64,000 nt of DNA from an uncultured delta proteobacterium (GCA_963816145.1 CAWFJP010000029.1:288001-352000); one strand, 5' to 3'. Shown: positions 9,393 to 19,391, counted from the first letter of the stretch. Translations and numbers: made by a program. Notes: generated from the sequence alone by a model not told the origin.

Positions 9393-10526
9393 TTAAGTCA
9401 ATTTCGCGATGGCTGCGCGCCATGGTGCCAATTCTTTCACCCATCGCCGGCCGCGATTTCGTTCGACGTAGGCGTAGGCCGCTCGCAGTCGGCGCGTCTC
9501 GGCTGGTGTTAGTCGCAGCGGGCGTTTGTCCTTTTTGGTGGCGCTGCTCGCTTCAGCATAACTCCTGAGCGCACGCCAATGCGGCAACGCGTCGGCGCCG
9601 AAGCGCTGGCGGACGATATTCGTCCAGGACGATTCCGCTCGATACTTGGCCGGAGCATGGGCGTAGTCGAAGCAAGTCGCCAACGGGATAAAACTCAACT
9701 CTTCTTGCAGCAACGGATTGTTGAGATAGCCGTAGACAGACTCGGGCAAGCGCGGATCCCGGCCGATGAGGGGGGCGATGTGTAGTTCTTCGCGCATGGA
9801 CAGATCGTTGACCGGATAGTTGTCCCACAGCAATAACGGACGTTGGATCTTCTTGGCAATGCGCCGCACATGGGAAAGGGTGATGGTTTTTGAAACCACC
9901 GATGGCCCGGTCCAGAAGCAGGGGGTGTTTGGCGGCAGATATTGCGCCAAAGTTTCGAGAAAATGCGGTTCGAACTTGCCGAAGACTCGTTCGAGCATGG
10001 CATCCTCGCTGTAATAAGAAGGACAAATCCACCAGGCGACGTCGCTCCAGCTCCCCGGCTGGGCGGCGATGATTTTTGCCAGCCAAGTCCCCTCGGCGCG
10101 CGCCAGGCTATTCCTAAAAGCGCGCCGGTCGCGCGGATCGCTCAAGCGCGAAGGAATATCGTCGAACAAGACGGCGAAGGTGCGCACGCCGGCGTCGTAG
10201 AAGCGCTGCGCTTTGCGCAGGAGAATGCCAACGGCGCGATCGTCGCCGAAGTACAATCCCTCGCCGGGGTGAAAACCATAGACGAAGTCAATTCGATTAC
10301 TTTGCGCAGCTCGAATCAGCAGTAGGAGCTCGCGCCATTTCGTTTTAGGATAGGGCTGTCGCCATAGCTTTCGATGATACGGATCGTCTTTGGGCGCATA
10401 GAGAAAGGTATTCATCCCCCGCGCCGCGCCGAATTCGAACAGCCGCCGTCGGTGCGACATTGACCAAGGTGGACCGAAAAAACCTTCGACAATGCCGCGG
10501 CGCAGAAAAGTTTTAGCGGCGTTCAT
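9393..10526 (-). CDS. GH84 beta-N-acetylglucosaminidase / O-GlcNAcase-like, catalytic domain only, no signal peptide
   Basis: RGIVEGFFGPPWS, YAPKDDPYHR, catalytic VLFDDI, WTGP and WDNYPVND motifs of GH84. Confidence 0.9.
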   Translation of the reverse strand: MNAAKTFLRRGIVEGFFGPPWSMSHRRRLFEFGAARGMNTFLYAPKDDPYHRKLWRQPYPKTKWRELLLLIRAAQSNRIDFVYGFHPGEGLYFGDDRAVGILLRKAQRFYDAGVRTFAVLFDDIPSRLSDPRDRRAFRNSLARAEGTWLAKIIAAQPGSWSDVAWWICPSYYSEDAMLERVFGKFEPHFLETLAQYLPPNTPCFWTGPSVVSKTITLSHVRRIAKKIQRPLLLWDNYPVNDLSMREELHIAPLIGRDPRLPESVYGYLNNPLLQEELSFIPLATCFDYAHAPAKYRAESSWTNIVRQRFGADALPHWRALRSYAEASSATKKDKRPLRLTPAETRRLRAAYAYVERNRGRRWVKELAPWRAAIAKLT

Positions 10527-10719
10527 ACGGCGCCAATTTCGCACAGCAACGCTGGTGGAACAAGATTGCGGTGGTTATTCGGCGTGAGGCGCGGAATAAC
10601 TCAGCGATAATGGGACATCGCGATTCAGCGTCGGAATGGTCGGATGGCTAATGGTCGCTTCGGTGAGCTAGCCCGGATTCGAACGACACCAAAAGTAGAC
10701 AAGAACCCCCACCTGCTCG

Positions 10720-11568
10720 TTAGCTCTTCAAAAACGGCACGCCCAGGCGCATTAGGTCGTCGAAGGCATCCCAGTGCACCATGTGCTTGCAGCCGTTGAC
10801 GATGTGAAGGTTGATTTGGGGTTGCTGTTCTTTCAGCAGTTGGGCGCGTTCGCCGGCGTGGGCGCGGTCTTCACGGCCGAAGATCATCAACAGCGGCATC
10901 TTCAGCTCGGCGAGTCTTTCATATAAGGGCTTGCTCGCCGCGCCGCCGCCGGCGGGGGCGTCGTGGCTCTGGCGGTCCTGGTGTGCTTTGAAATTGCCGC
11001 CGATCATGCTGCGGTGGCGCAGGGCGACGTCTTCGTCCGAGATTAACGCATGGTTGAAAGTGTCAGCCTGCAAAAGTTTGCGGGCATCCTCGACTGTCGG
11101 TTCCTTTTGCGCCATCTCTTTGTCGACGCGCGCCTGCACCGCTTCGTACTTCCCGACCTGGGCTTCGGTCTGCAGCGGCAGCAGCGAGCCGGTGCCAAGA
11201 ATGATGACGTGCGAATAGCGGCTCGGCTCTTCCAACGCCAGTTGAATGGCGAATCCGCCCGAGCGTGAATGGGCGATCAGCGCGGTCTTGCCGAGGCCCG
11301 CGGCATCGATGAATTTCGGGATGGAGTTGCGTTGCTGCGCCGTGCTTTGCTTGGCGGGTATGTCGGAGAGGCCAAAACCGGGATAGTCAAAGGCAACGGA
11401 GCGAAATCCGGCCTTGGCAAAAGGGCCGAGATTGCGCAAAAACACATCCGCCGAGCTGCCCAGCGACGCGCCGTGCAGGAACAGCAACGATGGCCCCGAA
11501 CCTTCTTCGATATAGCGAAGTTTCAGTCCATCGACGGTAACGAACTTGTTTTCCGGTTTGGTCGCCAT
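10720..11568 (-). CDS. Alpha/beta fold hydrolase
   Basis: LFLHG, FDYPGFGLS, nucleophile elbow AHSRSG, GREDR, KHMVHWD. Confidence 0.85.
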   Translation of the reverse strand: MATKPENKFVTVDGLKLRYIEEGSGPSLLFLHGASLGSSADVFLRNLGPFAKAGFRSVAFDYPGFGLSDIPAKQSTAQQRNSIPKFIDAAGLGKTALIAHSRSGGFAIQLALEEPSRYSHVIILGTGSLLPLQTEAQVGKYEAVQARVDKEMAQKEPTVEDARKLLQADTFNHALISDEDVALRHRSMIGGNFKAHQDRQSHDAPAGGGAASKPLYERLAELKMPLLMIFGREDRAHAGERAQLLKEQQPQINLHIVNGCKHMVHWDAFDDLMRLGVPFLKS

Positions 11569-11841
11569 GACATTGTCTCCTTATGACGCAGAATAAGATT
11601 CTCATCCGCGCGCGTTCTATGTGAGCAGCTGCCGCTTGGCCGCGTCGTGCGAGTTTATGGAAATCTGTACAGGAAACAGTAGCAAGGTGTCAATCACGGT
11701 TTCGCCTTCCCTGGGCACGGATTCCGGTTGAAATATGTTTTCAGAAATCGCCGATCGAATGTGGCAGGTCGTAGAATTCGCGCGAGATTATCTTGCCAAG
11801 ACTATCCTCTTTGCGTAGGATCGAGAGCGGATACTGCACCG

Positions 11842-12651
11842 ATGATACGATTGCCTGTGACGCTGTTCGCCGTTTTATCATTGACGGTCGTGGGATTTGC
11901 CAGCGCCGCTGTGGTTGCGCCGTCGAACGACCTCGGCGAAATGATTCGCATTCCCGCCGGCGTGTTCGTGATGGGTAGTAATGACGGTCCGGCAGACGAA
12001 CGGCCGCAGCATCGCGTCGAAGTTGCCGAGTTCTTCATCGATCGCACCAAGGTGACGAATGCCTCGTTCGCACTGTTCCTGAACGCCATTGGACCGGAAG
12101 GTCCCAAGGGCGAAATATATTTCGATATCGATGACAGCGATGCGCGCGTGCACCGGCGCAACGGTGAGTGGACGGCGGATGCCGGGTTTGAGAATAATCC
12201 GGTCGTCGAAGCTTCCTGGTATGGCGCCGTCGCCTTTTGCCGCTGGGCCGGCAAACGTTTGCCGACGGAAGCGGAGTGGGAAAAGGCGGCGCGCGGCACC
12301 GATGGTCGAAAATATCCCTGGGGTGACGAAGCTCCAGATCGGACGCGAGCGCAATTCGGCGCCGGTTGGAACGAGCTCAAGCCGGTCGGGAGTTTCCCCA
12401 ATGGCGCGAGTCCTTACCGACTGCTCGATGCGGCGGGAAACGGCTGGGAGTGGGTGAGCAGCGCCTATCGCCCCTATCCGTACAATTTGAGAGACGGCCG
12501 GGAGGATCTCAACAAAGATATGGTGCGCACCACTCGCGGCGGCGGGCATGACGCGCGAAGCGAAGAATTGACCGCGACTCATCGCGGCCGGCATGTCTCG
12601 CGCAATCCGCACGGCGGCCATCACAACATCGGCTTTCGCTGTGCGCGCTAG
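11842..12651 (+). CDS. FGE-sulfatase (SUMF1/EgtB C-terminal-like) domain protein with signal peptide
   Basis: IPAGVFVMGS, ERPQHRV, RLPTEAEWEKAARG, GNGWEW, IGFRCA; hydrophobic N-terminus. Confidence 0.85.
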   Translation: MIRLPVTLFAVLSLTVVGFASAAVVAPSNDLGEMIRIPAGVFVMGSNDGPADERPQHRVEVAEFFIDRTKVTNASFALFLNAIGPEGPKGEIYFDIDDSDARVHRRNGEWTADAGFENNPVVEASWYGAVAFCRWAGKRLPTEAEWEKAARGTDGRKYPWGDEAPDRTRAQFGAGWNELKPVGSFPNGASPYRLLDAAGNGWEWVSSAYRPYPYNLRDGREDLNKDMVRTTRGGGHDARSEELTATHRGRHVSRNPHGGHHNIGFRCAR

Positions 12652-12676
12652 CTGGTTATCGCCGCCAATACATTTC

Positions 12677-13321
12677 ATGCCGCTTTTTTACGTCATCGAA
12701 GGAATGCTCATCGGTCTGGTGGTCGCAGTGCCGGTGGGGCCGTTGGGTTTGTTGTGCATCAATCGGTCGCTCATGTTAGGTACGGTCGCCGGTCTGGCTT
12801 CAGGATTGGGCGTCGCCAGCGCCGATGCACTTGCCGCCGGCATCGCCGCGCTGGGGATTTCCTTGATTTCCGATTTTTTTATCGAATATCAATTTTTGCT
12901 GCGCTTGGTCGGCGGGATCTTTCTTTGTGTGATCGGTTATCGGATTTACCGCACCGAGCCGGCGGCGCAAATCCCGACGATTTCGAATAACGGCTTATTC
13001 GGCGCCTATGCGACGGCTTTTTTTCTGGCCATTTCCAATCCGGCGACGATTCTATCGTTTATCGCGATCTATGCGGGCTGGCATGTGCCGACGCTTCACG
13101 GCCATTATATGGCGGCGCTGTTGTTGATGACGGGAGTTTTCATCGGTTCGGGGTTGTGGTGGGTGGCGCTGTTTGCCGGGTTCACGCTGTTCCGGCTCAA
13201 CATCGGCCACGGATTTTTGGCTTGGGTCCATCGCATTTCCGGAGGGGTGATCGTCGGTTTCGGCATTATAGTGCTTTTGAGCTTGTCGCCCTTGAAACAA
13301 GCTTTGAACATTAATTTCTGA
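12677..13321 (+). CDS. LysE/RhtB family exporter
   Basis: VAVPVGPLGLLCI, GLGVASAD, SNPATILSF, GSGLWW; about 6 TM segments. Confidence 0.85.
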   Translation: MPLFYVIEGMLIGLVVAVPVGPLGLLCINRSLMLGTVAGLASGLGVASADALAAGIAALGISLISDFFIEYQFLLRLVGGIFLCVIGYRIYRTEPAAQIPTISNNGLFGAYATAFFLAISNPATILSFIAIYAGWHVPTLHGHYMAALLLMTGVFIGSGLWWVALFAGFTLFRLNIGHGFLAWVHRISGGVIVGFGIIVLLSLSPLKQALNINF

Positions 13322-13323
13322 CC

Positions 13324-14307
13324 ATGGTTCGGCAGGCAGATGCTATCGTGCAGCGCGGCAGTGGGGTGCCGGAGGCGATCAACGGCGCGCTGGCGGTTTT
13401 TTTCCTCGGTGTCAATCTGATTGAGTATTTCGTCTTGTCGCTGTGGTTGTTGCCGCGGGACTTGCGCTGGGGGTGGTTGCTCCTACCGATCGTCCTGCTG
13501 ACCAATCCTTTCTGGAGTCTGATTCACGAAGCGATTCACGATCTGATTCATTCAAATAAATCGGTCAACATGTTTATTGGCAGGTCGCTGGCGATCCTGT
13601 TCGGTTCGCCGTATCGCATTCTCCGGCTCAGTCATTTGCTGCATCACAAGCTCAATCGCATGCCCGTGGAAGGCACGGAGTTTTACGATCGCGACAAGGG
13701 CAGCAAAACGGCCGCGGCGCCGGGATATTATTTTCAGATCCTGCTCGGTCTTTACCTGGTCGAAGTGATCAGTCCGCTGTATTTTTTCCTGCCGCGGCGC
13801 TGGCTCGAGCGATTTCGCGTCCGCTATCTGCCGGCCCAGGGCGTCAGCGCCATTTTGATGCAAAACTGGCTTGGCGTTGAGTCATTGCGCGAGATTCGTC
13901 GTGACGGGGTGTTGACGATATCTTGTCTGGCCCTGGCCTTTTACTGCTATGGCAGCTATTGGCCGCTTCTGTTGGGCGCGCTGGCGGCGCGCGGCTTGCT
14001 GATTTCGTTTCTCGACAATGTCTACCATTATGAGACGCCGGTGAGCGATGTGTTTTTCGCTAAGAATCTTAGTTTGGCCAAACCGCTGGCGGGCTTATTA
14101 TTAAATTTCAACCTGCACGGCATTCATCACATCAACCCGGCGATTTCGTGGATCGATTTGCCGAAGGCTTTCGACGCTCAGGCCGGCAAGTATCACGGCA
14201 ACTACTTCGCCACGGCGCTGCGCCAGTTGCGCGGCCCCATCGCGCTCCAGGAACTGCCGCATGGTGCTCCGGTGCTGCGGGTGCGCCCGAGTCCATTGAT
14301 TCATTAA
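13324..14307 (+). CDS. Membrane fatty-acid desaturase family protein
   Basis: Three His boxes: HEAIH, HLLHH, HGIHH; starts 2 bp after the LysE stop. Confidence 0.85.
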   Translation: MVRQADAIVQRGSGVPEAINGALAVFFLGVNLIEYFVLSLWLLPRDLRWGWLLLPIVLLTNPFWSLIHEAIHDLIHSNKSVNMFIGRSLAILFGSPYRILRLSHLLHHKLNRMPVEGTEFYDRDKGSKTAAAPGYYFQILLGLYLVEVISPLYFFLPRRWLERFRVRYLPAQGVSAILMQNWLGVESLREIRRDGVLTISCLALAFYCYGSYWPLLLGALAARGLLISFLDNVYHYETPVSDVFFAKNLSLAKPLAGLLLNFNLHGIHHINPAISWIDLPKAFDAQAGKYHGNYFATALRQLRGPIALQELPHGAPVLRVRPSPLIH

Positions 14308-14326
14308 GCTTACATTTGGGTCATCT

Positions 14327-14434
14327 GTCATTCCGGCGCAGGCCGGAATCTAGGTGGTTGCTGCGGTTGGGTCGCGAGCTCGGATGGATGCCGGCCCCGA
14401 ATCGAGTCCGGGGCAGGCTCTGCGCCGGCATGAC
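14327..14434. repeat. Palindromic REP-like element, family A (GTCATTCCGGCG...CGCCGGCATGAC), with a nested insert
   Basis: Terminal inverted repeats; related copies at 15615, 19316, 39838, 41019 and 41210. Confidence 0.8.
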
Positions 14435-14487
14435 GAGTCTTAGTCTCGTTGACAGCGAGGACTCACTGGGGGCGACATCGGGAGTAA

Positions 14488-15516
14488 TTAGCCACGCTTG
14501 CGGAGCAGTAGCAGAGAAAACCATTCTTGCGGATCGCTGTAGTGGGCGACCGGCCGCAAGCCGATGAAGCCCAATTGCTCCTGCAATCGGTGCGGTTCGA
14601 ACTTGCGGCTGATTTCGACCAGGATGCGTTCCTGCCGATTCCAGGTGAATGCAGCGTTGGCGCTGGGGAAGCGGATGGTTTGGTCTTCGTTGGCCACGGC
14701 GTACATCTCGATTTGCTGCCACTCAGGATTGAACCAGGAGTGATAGCGCATCTTGTTAAGATCGAAGTTGCTGCCGAGCCGGCGGTTGACACTGCGGAAC
14801 ACATTCAAAATAAATGCTGCGGTGATGCCGCGGCTGTCGTTGTAGGCGGGTTCTAAAATATTCTTATTTTTGACCCGGTCGGCGCCCAGTAGCAGATAAT
14901 CGTTAGGTCCCATGGCGTCCGACAAAGCCCGGAAGAAGCGCGGGAACTCGGTCTGATTGAAGTTGCCGATGGTGCTGCCGAGAAAGATGAATAGTTTCGG
15001 TAGAGCCTTGTCGACGGCGGAAAAGCCCTCCTGGTAGCGCGAATGGATGCCGTGAAAATGGATCTGGGGAAAATCTCTGCTGACCGCGGCTTGAGAAGCG
15101 AGCAGGCCCGCGACGCTGACGTCGATGGGCGCGAAGTGGCAGCGGCCGCGTTGGCGCAACTGTTCGGTGAGTAAGTGCACGGTCTTTTTGCTGTAACCGG
15201 CGCCGAGCTCGACGATGCATTCCACCGGCGCGGCGGCGATGATGGCTTTCGCCTGGGCTTCGAGGATGCTGTTTTCGGTGCGGGTGAGATAGTACTCCGG
15301 CAGTTCGCAGATCTCTTCGAATAGTTCCGAACCTTGATCGTCATAGAGATGATAAGCTTCGAGCCAGCGCGGTTGGTCCCACAGCGTGGTCAAGATCGAC
15401 AGCGTCGGCACCGAGTCGAGATCGGCGCCGCGCCTTGACCAGATGCCGTCAGGCTCCGACGACCAGCGTGACATCTCACTGGCGGCGAAAATGCTTCGTG
15501 ATGTTTCTTGTTTCAT
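14488..15516 (-). CDS. egtD: L-histidine N-alpha-trimethyltransferase (hercynine synthase)
   Basis: YDDQGSELFEEICELPEYYLTRTE, ELGAGYSKKT, FLGSTIGNF, AYND..GITAAF, IEMY, EISRKF; start codon uncertain. Confidence 0.88.
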   Translation of the reverse strand: MKQETSRSIFAASEMSRWSSEPDGIWSRRGADLDSVPTLSILTTLWDQPRWLEAYHLYDDQGSELFEEICELPEYYLTRTENSILEAQAKAIIAAAPVECIVELGAGYSKKTVHLLTEQLRQRGRCHFAPIDVSVAGLLASQAAVSRDFPQIHFHGIHSRYQEGFSAVDKALPKLFIFLGSTIGNFNQTEFPRFFRALSDAMGPNDYLLLGADRVKNKNILEPAYNDSRGITAAFILNVFRSVNRRLGSNFDLNKMRYHSWFNPEWQQIEMYAVANEDQTIRFPSANAAFTWNRQERILVEISRKFEPHRLQEQLGFIGLRPVAHYSDPQEWFSLLLLRKRG

Positions 15517-15614
15517 GGCCGGGGAGACTATAAAAGAAATTAACAGCGGATGCGACATCGAGACCAAGTGTTTTGGCCCTGAAGTGCGCAGCATAAGACT
15601 CCTCTCTTTTGTCC

Positions 15615-15681
15615 GTCATACCGGCGGAAGCCGGTATCCAGGTTTGCGAGTTTGCTGGATTCCGGCGTGCGCCGGAATGAC
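15615..15681. repeat. REP-like family A copy in the egtD / ABC divergent region
   Basis: GTCATACCGGCGGAAGCCGGTATCCAG...CTGGATTCCGGCGTGCGCCGGAATGAC. Confidence 0.8.
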
Positions 15682-15708
15682 GAACTGTAAAGTAGATTGG
15701 TCAAGTAT

Positions 15709-16476
15709 ATGAACCGTGATGAGATCGCCATTGAATTTCGCGACGTCAGTTTCACACTGCCGACCGGCAAGACCCTTCTGGCCCACCTGAACCTGCAGGT
15801 TGCCCTCGGCGAGACGCTGGTGCTGCTCGGACGCAGCGGCTCGGGCAAGACCACGACGATGAAATTGATCAACCGCTTGATCGATCCCACCTCGGGCCAG
15901 GTGATCGTCGACGGCAAGCCGACGGTGGATTGGGATCCGATCCGGCTGCGCCGGCGCATCGGTTATGTCATTCAGGAAATCGGCCTGTTCCCGCATCTGA
16001 CCATCGAACAGAACATCGGCGTGGTGCCGCGGCTCGAGGGTTGGGAGCCGGAACGCATTCGCCAGCGGGCGCGCCAGCTTTTGACTCTAGTCGGTCTGGA
16101 CGCCGACCGTTTCGCCGCGCGCTTCCCGCGCGAACTCTCCGGCGGCCAGCGCCAGCGCATCGGTGTCGCCCGAGCCCTGGCGGCAGATCCGCCCGTGATT
16201 CTCCTGGACGAGCCGTTCGGCGCCCTCGATCCGATCACCCGCCGGGATATACAGCAGGAATTTAAAACCTTGCAGCAGGAGCTCGGCAAGACCATGGTGT
16301 TCGTCACCCACGACATCGCCGAAGCCTTCGTGCTCGGCGATCGCATCGGCTTGCTCAAGGACGGCGAAATGGTTTTGCTCGGAGCCCCGGCGGAGCTGCT
16401 CGAATCATCCAATGCCGAGGCGCGCGCTTTTGCCGCCTGCTTTCACGACGGCCAAACGATCGGGAGACCGGCGTGA
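15709..16476 (+). CDS. Quaternary-amine ABC transporter ATPase (OsmV/OpuCA/EgtV-like)
   Basis: GRSGSGKTT, LRRRIGYVIQEIGLFPH, LSGGQRQR, LLDEPFGALDPITR. Confidence 0.92.
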   Translation: MNRDEIAIEFRDVSFTLPTGKTLLAHLNLQVALGETLVLLGRSGSGKTTTMKLINRLIDPTSGQVIVDGKPTVDWDPIRLRRRIGYVIQEIGLFPHLTIEQNIGVVPRLEGWEPERIRQRARQLLTLVGLDADRFAARFPRELSGGQRQRIGVARALAADPPVILLDEPFGALDPITRRDIQQEFKTLQQELGKTMVFVTHDIAEAFVLGDRIGLLKDGEMVLLGAPAELLESSNAEARAFAACFHDGQTIGRPA

Positions 16477-18031
16477 CGCTGCTGGAATTCTTCGCGAACA
16501 ACCGCAGCGAGTTCGCCGAACTGGTCTTGGAACATTTGTTCCTGGTGATCATGTCCACCGGCATCGCTGTGCTGATCGGCGTGCCTTTGGGTATCCTGCT
16601 GACGCGCCGGCCGGCGCTGAGCAAACCGATTCTCGGTTTTGCCAACATCATGCAGACTGTGCCGAGTTTGGCGCTGTTCGGTTTTCTCATTCCGCTGAAC
16701 ATTTACTTGTTTCAGTTCAAACTCGTCGGCGGTATCGGCGCGCGCACAGCGATCGTCGCCCTGGTGCTTTACTCGCTCTTGCCGATTATCCGCAATACCT
16801 TTACCGGCATCAGCAACGTCGACCCGGCGATCCGCGACGCCGGCCGCGGCATGGGCATGACCGATCGTCAGTTGCTCTTTCAAGTCGAACTGCCGCTCGC
16901 GCTCGGCGTGATTCTCGCCGGCGTGCGTGTGGCCACGGTGATTTGCGTCGGCACGGCAACCATCGCGGCCGCCATCGACGCCGGCGGCCTGGGCCGTTAT
17001 ATCTTTCGCGGCTTGCGCGCCAATGACAACGTGCTCATTCTCGCCGGCGCCGTGCCGGCGGCGCTGATCGCGCTCGGCGCGGATTTGCTCCTGGGCTATT
17101 TCGAGAAGACGATTCAACTCGGCGCTGTGGCGCGTAGCAAGTCAAAAAAACTCCTGTGGGTTACCGCGGTCGTCGTCTTGGCGTTTCTCGGCGGCATGTA
17201 TTTTTTCACCGGCAAAGGAGCTGGGCGCATTGCCGTGGGTTCCAAAGACTTCACCGAACAGGTGATTGTCGGCGAGATCCTCGCCCAAGCGATCGAGGCG
17301 AAAACCGGCATGGAGGTGGTGCGACGTTTCGACCTGGGCGGCAATCTCGCCCATGACGCGCTTGTCGGCGGTGAGATCGATCTTTACGTCGAATACACCG
17401 GCACCGGACTGCTGGCGATCCTGAAAGAAAAGCCACTGGCCGATCCGCAGGAAGTCTACGCCGTGTGAAAGCAGAGTATGCCAAGCGCTTCGACCTGGAA
17501 TGGACCGAGCCGCTCGGCTTCAACAATACCTTCGCCATACTTGTCCGCGGCGAGGATGCCAAGAAGCTCGGTTTGAAATCCGTCAGCGACGCGGCCAAGG
17601 TCTCGTCTCAATGGCGCGCCGGCTTCGGCCAGGACTTCATGTCGCGCGCCGACGGTTATCCGGGATTTTCCAAAGCCTACGGACTGCACTTCGAGGCAAC
17701 GCGCGAAATGGATCTGTCGCTGACCTACCGGGCGCTGGCGGAAAATCAGGTCGATCTCATCGCCGGCAACTCCACCGACGGTTTGATCGCGCGCTACGGT
17801 TTGTTCCAATTGGAGGACGACCGCCACTATTTTCCGCCCTACGACGCCGTCCCCGTGGTGCGGCAGTCGACGTTGCAAAAACATCCGCCGCTGCGCGACG
17901 TGCTGAGGCAGCTCGGCGGTATTCTCACCGTCGAGGAGATGCGCAAGCTCAATTACGCGGTGGACGGCGAGAAACGCCAAGCGAAGGATGTGGCGCGGGA
18001 GTTTTTGCGTGGCAAGGGAATCTTGCCTTAA
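16473..18031 (+). CDS. Fused permease + substrate-binding protein (OpuBC/OsmWX/EgtU-like), with a -1 frameshift near 17463
   Basis: QTVPSLALFG, RGMGMT, GGLG permease motifs, then GSKDFTEQ, YVEYTGT, GFNNTFA, LEDDRHYFPPY; adding one base gives EVYARVKAEY. Confidence 0.87.
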
Positions 18032-18163
18032 TGCGTAGCGGCGCCGGCTGACTGATTCGGTATCGCTGGCCACGCCGTCAGTTTATCGCGGCGTTTTTCT
18101 GCCAGGTTGTTGAAACTTGCCGGCTGCGGTTGTTACATGTTTTTTCAAGATTTACGGAGGTGC

Positions 18164-19219
18164 ATGATGGCAAAGGTAACAGGTTTCATCGATGCCGATG
18201 GCCACGTGGTGGAAGCCGACTCCGAGCTGCTCGATTTCCTGCCGGCGCCGTTCAAAGGGCGGGACGATCTGATGGCGTTCCCGTTTTTCCCGACGCTCGA
18301 CGGCTTTCATCGCCAGGCTCGGCGGATACTTGACGGCAAGGGACGTTCCATCGCCAAAGCCAGCCTCAAGGAATGGCAACAGTTTCTCGACGAAGACGAG
18401 ATCGCCTGGTCGGTGCTCTATCCGACCACCGCTTTGACCTTCGGCTTGGTGCGCGACAAGGATTGGGCCTATGCGCTGGCGACCGGCTACAACAATTATC
18501 TCTACGAAGGCTTCACCAAATCGGAAAAACGCTTAAAGGGCATGGCACTGTTGCCCCTGCAGGATATTCCCGCGGCGGTCAAGGAGCTGCGCCGCGCGGT
18601 TAAAGAATTGGGCTTTGTCGGCGGGATCTTGCCAGCGGTGGGGTTACGCCAGCCGTTCGGCGACGAAAGGTATTTCCCGGTTTATGAAGCGGCTCAGGAT
18701 CTCAATGCGCTGCTCGCGGTGCACGCCGCGCCAACCCAGGGTATCGGCGTCGACGGCTTCGACCGGCTCATCGAAGTGCGCACCTTGAGTCATGGCTTCG
18801 GCCAGATGATTCAGATCACCAGCATGATCTACAGCGGCGTGTACGACAGGTTTCCCAAGTTGAAGGTCGCCTATGCCGAAGCCGGCTGCGGCTGGGTGCC
18901 GTATCTGATGGAACGATTGGATTTGGAGTACGAACACCGCCCCAACCAGGCGCCGGATTGCAAGAAGGCACCATCGGAGCATTTGAAGAGCGGCCGGATT
19001 TTCATTCATTGCGAGTTGGAGGATCGGGGCATCCCGCAGGTCGCCCAAGTCTTGCGCGACGATATACTCTTTTGCGCCAGCGACTTTCCCCATGAGCCTC
19101 GCAATGAATTTCGCGACAACATCGAAAAATTCATGACGCGTGAGGATGTCAGCGCGGATATCAAGCGCAAAATTTGTTTCGAGAATCCCAAACGGATGTA
19201 TCCGTTGGCGCTGCAGTAA
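18164..19219 (+). CDS. Amidohydrolase_2 family protein
   Basis: IDADGHVVE, VLYPT, EAGCGWVP, ASDFPH, ENPKRMY; GGAGG RBS. Confidence 0.87.
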   Translation: MMAKVTGFIDADGHVVEADSELLDFLPAPFKGRDDLMAFPFFPTLDGFHRQARRILDGKGRSIAKASLKEWQQFLDEDEIAWSVLYPTTALTFGLVRDKDWAYALATGYNNYLYEGFTKSEKRLKGMALLPLQDIPAAVKELRRAVKELGFVGGILPAVGLRQPFGDERYFPVYEAAQDLNALLAVHAAPTQGIGVDGFDRLIEVRTLSHGFGQMIQITSMIYSGVYDRFPKLKVAYAEAGCGWVPYLMERLDLEYEHRPNQAPDCKKAPSEHLKSGRIFIHCELEDRGIPQVAQVLRDDILFCASDFPHEPRNEFRDNIEKFMTREDVSADIKRKICFENPKRMYPLALQ

Positions 19220-19315
19220 GCATCTCGATATGTCCACGAAGTGCCTACAATCCGACACTCGTCTTCAGAATAAGAATTTGGCGTGGGTTGCTACAAATGG
19301 TTCTCTACTCGACTC

Positions 19316-19391
19316 GTCATTCCCGCGAACGCGGGAATCCAGGTTTGTTCTTTGCCAAATTTGCCTGGATACCCGCTTGCGCGGGTATGAC
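19316..19391. repeat. REP-like family A copy
   Basis: GTCATTCCCGCGAACGCGGGAATCCAGG...CCTGGATACCCGCTTGCGCGGGTATGAC. Confidence 0.8.

Noticed and set aside
10660-10700. GTTCGAATCC on the minus strand as a tRNA (e.g. tRNA-Sec) or attachment site
   Set aside because: No T-stem pairing, cloverleaf or CCA end could be built around it.
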